DNA of 64,000 bases from Bdellovibrionota bacterium (lineage in GTDB: Bacteria; Bdellovibrionota; UBA2428). Positions 1-7,173 of the stretch are shown one piece after another (the stretch's first letter is position 1; every line of letters starts with the position of its first letter). A program made the position numbers and the translations under genes. The notes below the pieces were generated by a model that saw only the letters and a program-made list of their open reading frames with translations, made no database searches and was not told where the DNA came from. The DNA is taken from positions 6,364-70,363 of the forward strand of contig DATLIP010000010.1 in the NCBI GenBank assembly GCA_035539375.1, written 5' to 3'.

Positions 1-473
1 GGCGGAAAGCCCTGGCTGAGCGAGCGCAGTTTCAGTGTACCGGTGTCGAGGCTGCTGAGACGGATGCGAAAGGGAATGTTGCGCGGTGATTCGGCAAGGC
101 TCAGTGCGATGACATCAAAAAAGTCCTCGAGACTGGGCTTAGGCTCCATCTTCGATTGCGCCTGAGTTTGCAGTTGCACAATGGCGTGCAAAAAGAGCGA
201 TGAAAGTCCAAAGGACGCTGTCCACAAGTGAACAAACCACAAGTGACGGCCGCTGGGCGAGGTGATGAGGTCGTAGGTGTCTGAGTTGAGCTGACCGGCG
301 CTGTAGTAGCGTGTGATGCAGTTCACGCCCGAAACGTTGTGCGTGCGGTTTGGCATCAAGAGCTTTTGCAGCGTGGTGGCGAGCTCCAGGTCTTGTCGCG
401 TGTTTTCGAGGATCTCGGCGATTTGCTTTTCGAGTTTGGCGATTTTGGCTTTTAAATCTTCCGCAGATCCCAT
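1..473 (-). CDS. PP2C/SpoIIE-like serine phosphatase, N-terminal part (gene continues past window start)
   Basis: Not in the ORF track because it is open at the window edge. My reverse-strand translation from ATG 473-471 reads MGSAEDLKAKIAKLEKQIAEILENTRQDLELATTLQKLLMPNRT...RYYSAGQLNSDTYDLITSPSG. A coiled-coil leader is followed by an LQxLLP ... Y.SA....D.YD pattern like the start of SpoIIE/RsbU PP2C domains. It begins 5 nt after the rsmB-like stop on the same strand. Confidence 0.4.
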   Translation of the reverse strand, partial: MGSAEDLKAKIAKLEKQIAEILENTRQDLELATTLQKLLMPNRTHNVSGVNCITRYYSAGQLNSDTYDLITSPSGRHLWFVHLWTASFGLSSLFLHAIVQLQTQAQSKMEPKPSLEDFFDVIALSLAESPRNIPFRIRLSSLDTGTLKLRSLSQGFP

Positions 474-477
474 GTCT

Positions 478-1728
478 TCATTGTAGGGGGCGAAGCGCGG
501 GGCCGCAATACCAGCCTACGATCCCTTCGCGCGCCCCATCATCGTCGTTCACGCTCTCCCAGGAGCGGAAACTGGGCTCGGCGCCCAGGGCGCGAGAGAC
601 GTTTGCGATCTCTACGGGGTCCACCGAGCAAATCGAAACGAAGAGTTTGGGGACCTTGAGTTCCCGGATATCGCGCAGAATAGAGCTCTGAATTTTCTCG
701 AGGCTCGCGATGTCCGCGGGCCACTCACGGTAGAGCACGTCGGGGCGGGTGTATAGGGTGCCGGAGCCCGAGCAGGGCAAGTCCACCAGGGCAAAGTGCC
801 AGCTACGCGCGGTGATCGCCTTGGGGGGCACTTCCGCACCCCATTCGTGCAGGGCAAAGAGCGACGAGGTTTCGGGGAGTTCCCAGCGTCGCCAATTTTC
901 TTTGAGGGGATTCATGCGCGCGGACTTCGACTCACAAAGCACCACGTCGCCGAGGCCAACGCTGCGGCTCAAATGGTTGGCCATGTAAATCGCTTTGCCA
1001 CCGGGGGCGGCGCAGGCGTCGAAAAAGTTTTTATCCTGGGTCCCGAGCCGCTCGCTCACCCAACGGCAAAAATCGAACGAGCCCGGGTCCATCGCCTGAA
1101 ACTGTGCGCGGAAGATTTCCGGAGACCATTCGCGGCGAACGTATTCGAGATTTTCTCCGAAACCGCCCACGCCGCGTTCCGGTCGCTTCACGAAATTCTG
1201 AGCAACTCGATCGAGGTCCATGGCGCCGGCCCAACGCTCGCGCAGCCACTCAGGTAGAGCGATTTGCGGTGAGGCGCGCAGCTCTTCGCGGAGCTTGGCA
1301 AGTTCGCGTTCAATGTGACGCAAAAAGGCGTTCGTGATGCCGCCCGTGTGCGCGCCGTAGCGGGCCTTGGCGAGACTCACGCACTCGGAGACGATGGCGA
1401 AGGCCGGCGGATTCTCGCGCGTCAGGAGCGCGGTAAAACCCAAGAGCCATAGGTCGAGCATCTCGGCGGGTTTGATTTTTTTGCTGCTAAAGGTTTTCAC
1501 CACGCGCTCAAACCAGTGCGCGTAACGGTAGCTCATCAGGATGAGGTCGAGCGCCGAGGGCGAGAGCGTTTGGTGCAGGCGGTAACCGTCGAAGGCGGCA
1601 TCGAGTGTTTGTTTCTGCTTGGCAAAGTGGCGCGGCAAGAAGGGCAGGATTTGGGCGATTTCTTGATAAAAGGAAGATTTCTCGGATTCGCGCTTAAACA
1701 TCACTCGTGTCGCCAGAAGAAACCACAA
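478..1728 (-). CDS. rsmB: 16S rRNA (cytosine-C5) methyltransferase, RsmB/NOP2/Sun family
   Basis: SAM-binding motif FDACAAPGGKAIYMANH and catalytic-Cys motif VDLPCSGSGTLYTRPD. N-terminal NusB-like region (GGITNAFLRHIEREL). An alternative ATG at 1701 (MFKRESEK) would reduce the overlap with the upstream ORF. Confidence 0.8.
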   Translation of the reverse strand: MWFLLATRVMFKRESEKSSFYQEIAQILPFLPRHFAKQKQTLDAAFDGYRLHQTLSPSALDLILMSYRYAHWFERVVKTFSSKKIKPAEMLDLWLLGFTALLTRENPPAFAIVSECVSLAKARYGAHTGGITNAFLRHIERELAKLREELRASPQIALPEWLRERWAGAMDLDRVAQNFVKRPERGVGGFGENLEYVRREWSPEIFRAQFQAMDPGSFDFCRWVSERLGTQDKNFFDACAAPGGKAIYMANHLSRSVGLGDVVLCESKSARMNPLKENWRRWELPETSSLFALHEWGAEVPPKAITARSWHFALVDLPCSGSGTLYTRPDVLYREWPADIASLEKIQSSILRDIRELKVPKLFVSICSVDPVEIANVSRALGAEPSFRSWESVNDDDGAREGIVGWYCGPALRPLQ

Positions 1729-2044
1729 TCTCCGCGCCAGGCAACTTATTCATGGGCGAAGTGGGGTTTTCTTTGGTGATGGCACGCTCAAGCTTGGTAT
1801 TGAGGCGTTTCAGGCGCAGGCAACGCGATTCGAGTACGATGAGTTCCACGATAAAAAAGAGCGAGGAGAAGATCGCCCCGAGCACAAAGGCGATGATCAG
1901 GATCAGGTACTTGGGCATGGGCTCGGAGACGTAGCTGAAGAGCGCGATCGCGGTGGGTTCGGAGTTTTGATTCACGAGGGCCACAGCGAGAATGATCACA
2001 AAAACCGTGAAGAGGGCCCAGATGCCAAGTTTGATACCGCGCAT
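1694..2044 (-). CDS. LapA-domain (DUF1049-like) small inner-membrane protein
   Basis: 116 aa with two hydrophobic helices (IWALFTVFVIILAVALV and YLILIIAFVLGAIFSSLFFIV) followed by a basic coiled segment (RCLRLKRLNTKLERA). This is the typical LapA/YciS layout. Confidence 0.5.
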   Translation of the reverse strand: MRGIKLGIWALFTVFVIILAVALVNQNSEPTAIALFSYVSEPMPKYLILIIAFVLGAIFSSLFFIVELIVLESRCLRLKRLNTKLERAITKENPTSPMNKLPGAEIVVSSGDTSDV

Positions 2045-2053
2045 GTGATCAGT

Positions 2054-2581
2054 TTAATCCTCAGCCATGCGATCTGCAAAGCTGTCAAAAACTTTGCTCA
2101 GGCTCTCGTAGACCTTTGCGTTGTGCGTGGGGATCGCCTTGGTCTCGGCCAGAATCGGCATGAAATTGGTGTCCGAATTCCAACGGGGAACGATATGCCA
2201 GTGCAAGTGTCCTGGGATGCCCGCACCTGCGGCAGTGCCGAGGTTGATACCGATGTTGGCACCGTCAAAGCGCACGACCTCGCGCACGGCTTCGTAGGCC
2301 TTTTGCACGCACTTAGCGAGGCGGGCCGAAACTTCGGCCGGCAGGTCGCCCAGGTCGGCCGCGTGGGCACGGGGGATCACGAGCAGGTGGTAGGGATTGT
2401 AGGGAAACTTGTTCATGATCACGGCCACGCTCGCGTCCTTGTAGAGCACGAGATTCTTGACCGAAGGCTTTTGCTTCAGCGCCGTGCAAAAGGGGCAGGC
2501 GTCTGAGAGCTTCTTTTTGTGAATGTACTCCAGGCGCCAGGGCGCCCAGAGGTTATCGCGCTTTTGCGGCTTCATGGGCAC
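2054..2581 (-). CDS. HIT (histidine triad) family nucleotide hydrolase/transferase
   Basis: Histidine triad GIPGHLHWHIVPRW near the C-terminus. N-terminal WAPWRLEYI ... CPFC is typical of the longer HIT subfamily. Confidence 0.85.
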   Translation of the reverse strand: MPMKPQKRDNLWAPWRLEYIHKKKLSDACPFCTALKQKPSVKNLVLYKDASVAVIMNKFPYNPYHLLVIPRAHAADLGDLPAEVSARLAKCVQKAYEAVREVVRFDGANIGINLGTAAGAGIPGHLHWHIVPRWNSDTNFMPILAETKAIPTHNAKVYESLSKVFDSFADRMAED

Positions 2582-3680
2582 CGAACCAGGTGTAAGGCAA
2601 GAAGTAGGGCACGCCAGAGCTGAGGCGGGGGCTCAGTTGGGGGGCCTTGGCGCCGATCCACTCGAGAATCTGGCGCGCTTCGGAGGGCGAGCGCGTTTCG
2701 GGTTTCATGAGCGACGAGAGGATGCCAAAGAATGAACGGTATTCGGGTTCGGGCACCGGAAAGCGCGAAAGCGTCGTGGGCGCTTCGACCTTGAGCACTT
2801 TGGCGAGGGCGTCGGTGGCTTCGTACTCACCCCCGAGCTCATCGGCGAATCCGTAGTCAATGGCCTGCGAGCCGAGGAAGATGCGACCGTCGGCGTATTC
2901 CTGGATGACTTCGTCGCCGAGTTTGCGTGCGTCTTTGACGGCGGTTTTGAATTGACGGTGAATCTCGTCAGCCATGTTTTGCAACAAGATGCGCTCATCG
3001 GCTGTCATTGGGCGAGACTCGGAGCCGATGTCTTTAAAGCGACCGGCCTTGATCAGCATCGGCTCGACTTTGATGAACTTGTAGAGCTCCTGCAAATTTG
3101 CAAAAGGCATGATCACGCCGATGGAACCTGTGATGGTGCCTGGGTTGGTGAAAATTTTAGAGCACGCCGTGGCCAGGTAATAGCCACCGCTCGCCGCGAT
3201 GTCGGCAAAGGAGCAGTAAATGGTTTTCTTTTCAGCGGTGAGACGGTGCAAAGCGGAGAGGATTTCCTGAGTGGGCGCCACGGCGCCGCCTGGAGTGTTC
3301 ACTCGCAGGATCACACCTTTGATTTTATCGTCTTCGCTGATTTGCTGAATGGCGTCGAGCAGGTCGACGGAGTCGAAGATCACGCCATCGACATCGAGGG
3401 CGACGATCGCGTCGTCGTTTTTGCTACCCGAGGAGAAGACGGCCGAAGGTTTCCACGCGGTGTTCGCGCTCTTCACAGCGCTCCAGGTGTTCACGATAGC
3501 GGAGATGATGAAGAGGGCGACGACACCCAAGATGCCGAGCACGATGTACATCGAAGATCGATTCTTTTTGGTGGCCGCTGGAGCGGCGGCGCTCGCGGCC
3601 GGTGCTGCTACCGTCTCAACGGGGGCGGCGGGCTTGGCAGAAAGATCTTCGGGCGCGTTGTCTTGGTTATCTGTTGTCAT
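2553..3680 (-). CDS. sppA: Signal peptide peptidase SppA (S49 family, 36K type)
   Basis: Motifs VILRVNTPGGAVAPTQEI, ASGGYYLATACSKIF and GSIGVIMPF, with an N-terminal TM anchor (YIVLGILGVVALFIISAIV). Start placed at MTTDNQDNAP (ATG 3680). The first 36 codons of the tracked ORF look like read-through of the upstream region. Confidence 0.8.
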   Translation of the reverse strand: MTTDNQDNAPEDLSAKPAAPVETVAAPAASAAAPAATKKNRSSMYIVLGILGVVALFIISAIVNTWSAVKSANTAWKPSAVFSSGSKNDDAIVALDVDGVIFDSVDLLDAIQQISEDDKIKGVILRVNTPGGAVAPTQEILSALHRLTAEKKTIYCSFADIAASGGYYLATACSKIFTNPGTITGSIGVIMPFANLQELYKFIKVEPMLIKAGRFKDIGSESRPMTADERILLQNMADEIHRQFKTAVKDARKLGDEVIQEYADGRIFLGSQAIDYGFADELGGEYEATDALAKVLKVEAPTTLSRFPVPEPEYRSFFGILSSLMKPETRSPSEARQILEWIGAKAPQLSPRLSSGVPYFLPYTWFGAHEAAKAR

Positions 3681-3802
3681 GATGACATGGAATATTAGGA
3701 CCTTAGCCGGACGCAAGCAATGGGGCACAACTGCAAAGAGGATGTCAGTTGTGCTCCTCGGGCTCCGGAGATAGACACAATGCAACAAGAAGGAGACCTT
3801 TT

Positions 3803-4195
3803 ATGAAATCAAAAGCTTTCGCCCTCGGCCTCTTCGCCACCCTCTCGGCCGCCTCCTCGGCTCACGCCGCAGAAGCCGTTAAAATCGCCACCAAAAAGTA
3901 CAACTGCTACGGTTATATCACCGACCGCACCAACGAAGGCTTCGTCAATTTCGAGAGCCGGACCGTTGCGCTCGCCCGTGGTGACAAAACCCAGCAAGTG
4001 ATCATCGGCGAAAACCTCGGCCTTCAATTGGTCGTCGGTCGTGATAAAAACGAGCTCAGTTTGAGCGCTCAGTACCAAACGGAGCGCGGCGTGGGCAGCA
4101 AAGGTTTTGCCGTGGCCGACACGGACGCGGAAAAGGTGATTTTCCTCGACGTCAACGAGGGTTCGATCATTTCGGGCACCTGCGAAGCTCTGTAA
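3803..4195 (+). CDS. Small secreted protein, function unknown
   Basis: Start at MKSKAFALGLFATLSAASSAHA|AEA, a Sec signal with AHA-A cleavage, preceded by AAGGAG at about 3791. Followed by two strong hairpin terminators. Confidence 0.55.
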   Translation: MKSKAFALGLFATLSAASSAHAAEAVKIATKKYNCYGYITDRTNEGFVNFESRTVALARGDKTQQVIIGENLGLQLVVGRDKNELSLSAQYQTERGVGSKGFAVADTDAEKVIFLDVNEGSIISGTCEAL

Positions 4196-4209
4196 GTCGG
4201 AGTTGGTAT

Positions 4210-4257
4210 AAAGGCGCCAAGGCACTTTTTGAATGCAAAAAGTGCCTTGGCGCCTTT
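4210..4257. terminator. Hairpin with a perfect 21-bp stem between convergent genes
   Basis: AAAGGCGCCAAGGCACTTTTT (4210-4230), loop GAATGC, then AAAAAGTGCCTTGGCGCCTTT (4237-4257). The arms are exact reverse complements. Confidence 0.6.
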
Positions 4258-4260
4258 GCA

Positions 4261-4303
4261 AAAAAAAACCCCCGCTTCGAGGAGACTCGAAGCGGGGGTT
4301 TTT
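4261..4303. terminator. Bidirectional rho-independent terminator
   Basis: A8 tract, stem CCCCCGCTTCGAG (4269-4281), loop GAGA, stem CTCGAAGCGGGGG (4286-4298), then T5. It works on both strands, directly 3-prime of rpsA. Confidence 0.75.
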
Positions 4304-4315
4304 GCTGATACGTTA

Positions 4316-6103
4316 CTAGCTGTCTTTTTTGCCGATGAGGCCGAGCTTGGCGGCGATCGCAGGATCCAGAGTATCCGCGAACGACGAGCGCGAGCTCGAT
4401 TCGGTCGACTTCTTATAAGTCTCGATGTTCTCTTGCTCTTCGCGGCGGAGGATCGCTTTGACCGACAGCGAGATCTTGCGATCTTTGTTGTCGATGTTGG
4501 TGATCATCGCTTTGATGCTGTCGCCCACTTTGACGACGGCTTCGGGGTGCATGATGCGCTCTTCGGAGAGTTCCGAGATGTGGATCATGCCCTCGAGACC
4601 TTCGGCGATTTCTACAAACGCACCGAAGTTAGCGAGCTTCGTGACTTTACCGTCGACGATGTGACCGATTTTGAAGCCGGTAGCTTTGTCGGCCCAAGGA
4701 TCACCCGAGAGCGACTTGATCGAGAGCGAAACGCGCTCGTTGTCTTTGTCGATGGAGACGACCATGGCTTCCACGGTTTGGCCTTTTTCGTAGGCTTCCG
4801 AGGGGTGGCCGATTTTCTCGTCCCAGCTAAGGTCGGAGATGTGCACAAGACCATCGATGCCTTCTTCGATTTCAACAAAGATACCGAAGTCGGTGATGTT
4901 CTTGACGAGGCCCTTCACGCGGGTGCCCGGAGGATACTTGTGCTCCAACGAGTCCCAAGGGTTGGGGGTGATCTGCTTGAGGCCGAGGCTCATGCGACGG
5001 GTCTCAAGGTCGATGTCGAGTACTACCGCTTCGATTTCCGAGTCGAGCTCGAGAATCTTGCGCGGGTCTTTCACACGCTGGGTCCAGCTCATTTCGGAGA
5101 CGTGGATGAGGCCTTCGATACCCGGCTCGATCTCAACGAACGCGCCGTAATCAGTAAGGTTCACCACGCGACCTTTCACGCGCTGACCAACCATGTAACG
5201 AGATTGAACGTCTTCCCATGGATCAGGCAGGGTCTGCTTGAGGCCGAGGGAAACGCGCTCTTTCTCGTGGTCGAACTTCAGCACGCGCACGTTGATGTCG
5301 GAACCCACTTTGAGGATTTCCGAAGGGTGCTTGACGCGACCCCACGACATGTCGGTGATGTGCAGAAGACCGTCGAGGCCGCCGAGGTCGATGAACGCGC
5401 CGTAATCCGTGATGTTCTTCACGGTACCGGTCACGATCGCGCCAACTTTGAGCTGCTTGAGGGTCGACTCTTTGAGCGAATCTCTTTCAAGTTCGACTAC
5501 CGAACGACGCGAAAGCACAATGTTGCCGCGGCGCTGGTTGAACTTGATCACTTTAAATTTAAGGGTTTGACCTAGGAATTGCTCGAGGTTCTTGACGGGA
5601 CGAACGTCGATCTGCGATCCGGGGAGGAACGCTTTCACGCCGATGTCTACCGAAAGACCACCCTTGACGACACCAACAACGGTGCCTTCGAGAATGTCGC
5701 CGCGCTCGCAAGCTTCGGCAATTTCATCCCAAGCGCGCATGATGTCGGCGCGTTCTTTGGACAAACGCAGAAGACCGTTCTTGGTCTCCATGCTGTCGAG
5801 GTAAACGTAGACTTCTTCACCAACTTGCACATCGAGTTCACCGGTTGGTGTTCTAAATTCGGAAGCAGGGACTTCGCCTTCGGCTTTGTATCCGACGTCT
5901 ACTAAAACGCGATCGTCACTGACGGATACGACTTTTCCTAGAATGACCTCTCCCTCATGAACGGGAGTATCTTCAACGCTCTTCGAAAAGAGCTCTTCAA
6001 AGGTAAGACCTTCTTCGGTGTAAGCCGAATCATCGTCCTCGCGAAATACCTTCGTGAAGAGGTTAGGATCATTATTTGTTGGGGTTCTCGTGTTTGGCAT
6101 CAA
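4316..6103 (-). CDS. rpsA: 30S ribosomal protein S1
   Basis: 595 aa with six tandem S1 domains: repeated G.V..V...G.FV.L..G..GL.H.SE patterns such as GAFIDLGGLDGLLHITDMSW and GAFVEIEPGIEGLIHVSEMSW. AGGAGG sits upstream of ATG 6103. Confidence 0.95.
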   Translation of the reverse strand: MMPNTRTPTNNDPNLFTKVFREDDDSAYTEEGLTFEELFSKSVEDTPVHEGEVILGKVVSVSDDRVLVDVGYKAEGEVPASEFRTPTGELDVQVGEEVYVYLDSMETKNGLLRLSKERADIMRAWDEIAEACERGDILEGTVVGVVKGGLSVDIGVKAFLPGSQIDVRPVKNLEQFLGQTLKFKVIKFNQRRGNIVLSRRSVVELERDSLKESTLKQLKVGAIVTGTVKNITDYGAFIDLGGLDGLLHITDMSWGRVKHPSEILKVGSDINVRVLKFDHEKERVSLGLKQTLPDPWEDVQSRYMVGQRVKGRVVNLTDYGAFVEIEPGIEGLIHVSEMSWTQRVKDPRKILELDSEIEAVVLDIDLETRRMSLGLKQITPNPWDSLEHKYPPGTRVKGLVKNITDFGIFVEIEEGIDGLVHISDLSWDEKIGHPSEAYEKGQTVEAMVVSIDKDNERVSLSIKSLSGDPWADKATGFKIGHIVDGKVTKLANFGAFVEIAEGLEGMIHISELSEERIMHPEAVVKVGDSIKAMITNIDNKDRKISLSVKAILRREEQENIETYKKSTESSSRSSFADTLDPAIAAKLGLIGKKDS

Positions 6104-6264
6104 AAGTTATTAATCCTCCTTGATTGAACTAAGGCGGGTGAAACTAGGGGATGTGTTGCTCTAAGTCAAAGACTTTAACCCCAAATAAAGAGTGAAATTC
6201 TGTGAGGAAATGGACCGCACTCTTCAGAGAGAAAATCCGCTCGCGCTGGTTTCAAAATGGGCAC

Positions 6265-6301
6265 AAAAAAGCGCCGGGTTCTTCTCGCGAAGATCCCGGC
6301 G
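6265..6301 (-). terminator. Putative rho-independent terminator downstream of the response-regulator gene
   Basis: Stem GCCGGGTTCTTC (6273-6284) pairs with GAAGATCCCGGC (6289-6300) with one T:T mismatch and loop TCGC. On the minus strand it is followed by T6 (A6 at 6265-6270 on plus). Confidence 0.45.
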
Positions 6302-6472
6302 TCGATGAGTTGTCAGCTCGTCATCACGACCGACGTTTCAAGTCGATCGCGCGGCCCTTATTTTGGAGGGCCCGCCCCATTTTTTACCTGAAATTCAAGT
6401 AAGTACGAAAGTTTAGCGTGAATCATAAAGCCTCCTCCAACGTTCCTCATTTGGCTCCACTCGAACCTTCGG

Positions 6473-6496
6473 AGCGGTCAGTTGACCGCTTTTTTT
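6473..6496 (+). terminator. Plus-strand intrinsic-terminator-like hairpin with no annotated plus-strand gene upstream
   Basis: AGCGGTC (6473-6479) pairs with GACCGCT (6484-6490), 4-nt loop, then a run of T to 6496. It overlaps the stop codon of the minus-strand response regulator. Confidence 0.3.
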
Positions 6497-7107
6497 CGCC
6501 CGATGCGGCGATGCACGACCGGAACCTCGGTCGCACGAAGGTCTCCACTCGCCGCGGACCAGTACTCTTCGCCATCTTCCTCTTCGGGGACGGGCGGGTC
6601 GGTCGCTACGGGTGGCAAAATTTCGCTCCAGGCTTTGTCGAAAGCCTGCGAGAACACTTCTTTGCGTAGGGGCTTATGGAGAAGCATGGGCTCGGGGATC
6701 AAATCCAGAAGCGCACGCTTCATGGGTTCGGTGGCCATGCCGGTCACCGCGATGATGCCCATTTCAGGATAGCGCCGGCGAAGGTCGCGGATGAGATCCA
6801 CGCCGGTGACTTGAGGGAGGAGAATGTCGACCACCGCCACGCGCACGTTCGAGAGATCCTGCTGAAGCAGGTCCCAGCCGCTTTCGCGTTGGTGGACTTT
6901 GGGTTCGGTGCCTTTGAGAATCTGCGCCGAACGAACGTATTTTTCGATGAGAGAACGCATTAGGAATTCATCGTCGATGATCATGATATCGCTGCCGCGA
7001 GGAGCGGAGGCCGACGTGCGGTAGTCTTTACCTTGCGAGGGATCTTCGGCGGACGTGAGGGGCTGGCCCATGGAATTCAAAAGCATGACGAACAACGTTC
7101 CTTTCAA
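6478..7107 (-). CDS. Single-domain response regulator (CheY-like receiver)
   Basis: IMIIDDEFLMRSLIEKYV (acidic pocket), VAVVDILLPQVTGVDLIRDLRR (phospho-acceptor Asp), IIAVTGMA and LLHKPL (conserved Lys). No output domain; Pro/Glu-rich C-terminal tail. No cognate kinase in the window. Confidence 0.75.
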   Translation of the reverse strand: MKGTLFVMLLNSMGQPLTSAEDPSQGKDYRTSASAPRGSDIMIIDDEFLMRSLIEKYVRSAQILKGTEPKVHQRESGWDLLQQDLSNVRVAVVDILLPQVTGVDLIRDLRRRYPEMGIIAVTGMATEPMKRALLDLIPEPMLLHKPLRKEVFSQAFDKAWSEILPPVATDPPVPEEEDGEEYWSAASGDLRATEVPVVHRRIGRKKAVN

Positions 7108-7173
7108 TAATGCATTGCGTTACCTTTCCAGAATGCCACACTTTTTCTGGGCCTGTGTTAAATTTAGGTAAAG

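Noticed and set aside
350-691. 113-aa plus-strand ORF spanning the junction of the phosphatase-like and rsmB-like genes
   Set aside because: It is antisense to two minus-strand genes that abut at 473/478. Its sequence is Arg/Ser/Pro-rich and uninformative.
2553-3788. N-terminal extensions of tracked ORFs. Examples: the first 36 codons of sppA, 45 codons of the giant gene, 58 of the platform gene, 50 of the ATPase, 43 of ald, 30 of the GT2, 32 of the oxygenase, and 30 of mvaD.
   Set aside because: The extensions overlap upstream genes or repeat elements. An internal ATG in each case gives a proper signal peptide, SD or family-typical N-terminus, so the shorter starts were used.
4229-5575. 448-aa plus-strand ORF opposite rpsA
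   Set aside because: It lies entirely antisense to a gene with six unmistakable S1 domains. Its translation is low-complexity (rich in D, F, R, V, H) with no motif, and it starts inside a terminator hairpin. This is a typical shadow ORF of GC-rich DNA.
6202-6402. 66-aa ORF (GTG start) in the rpsA upstream spacer
   Set aside because: It is highly basic and low-complexity, has no SD, and overlaps a minus-strand terminator hairpin. It is more likely non-coding. The region is reported instead as a possible sRNA locus.
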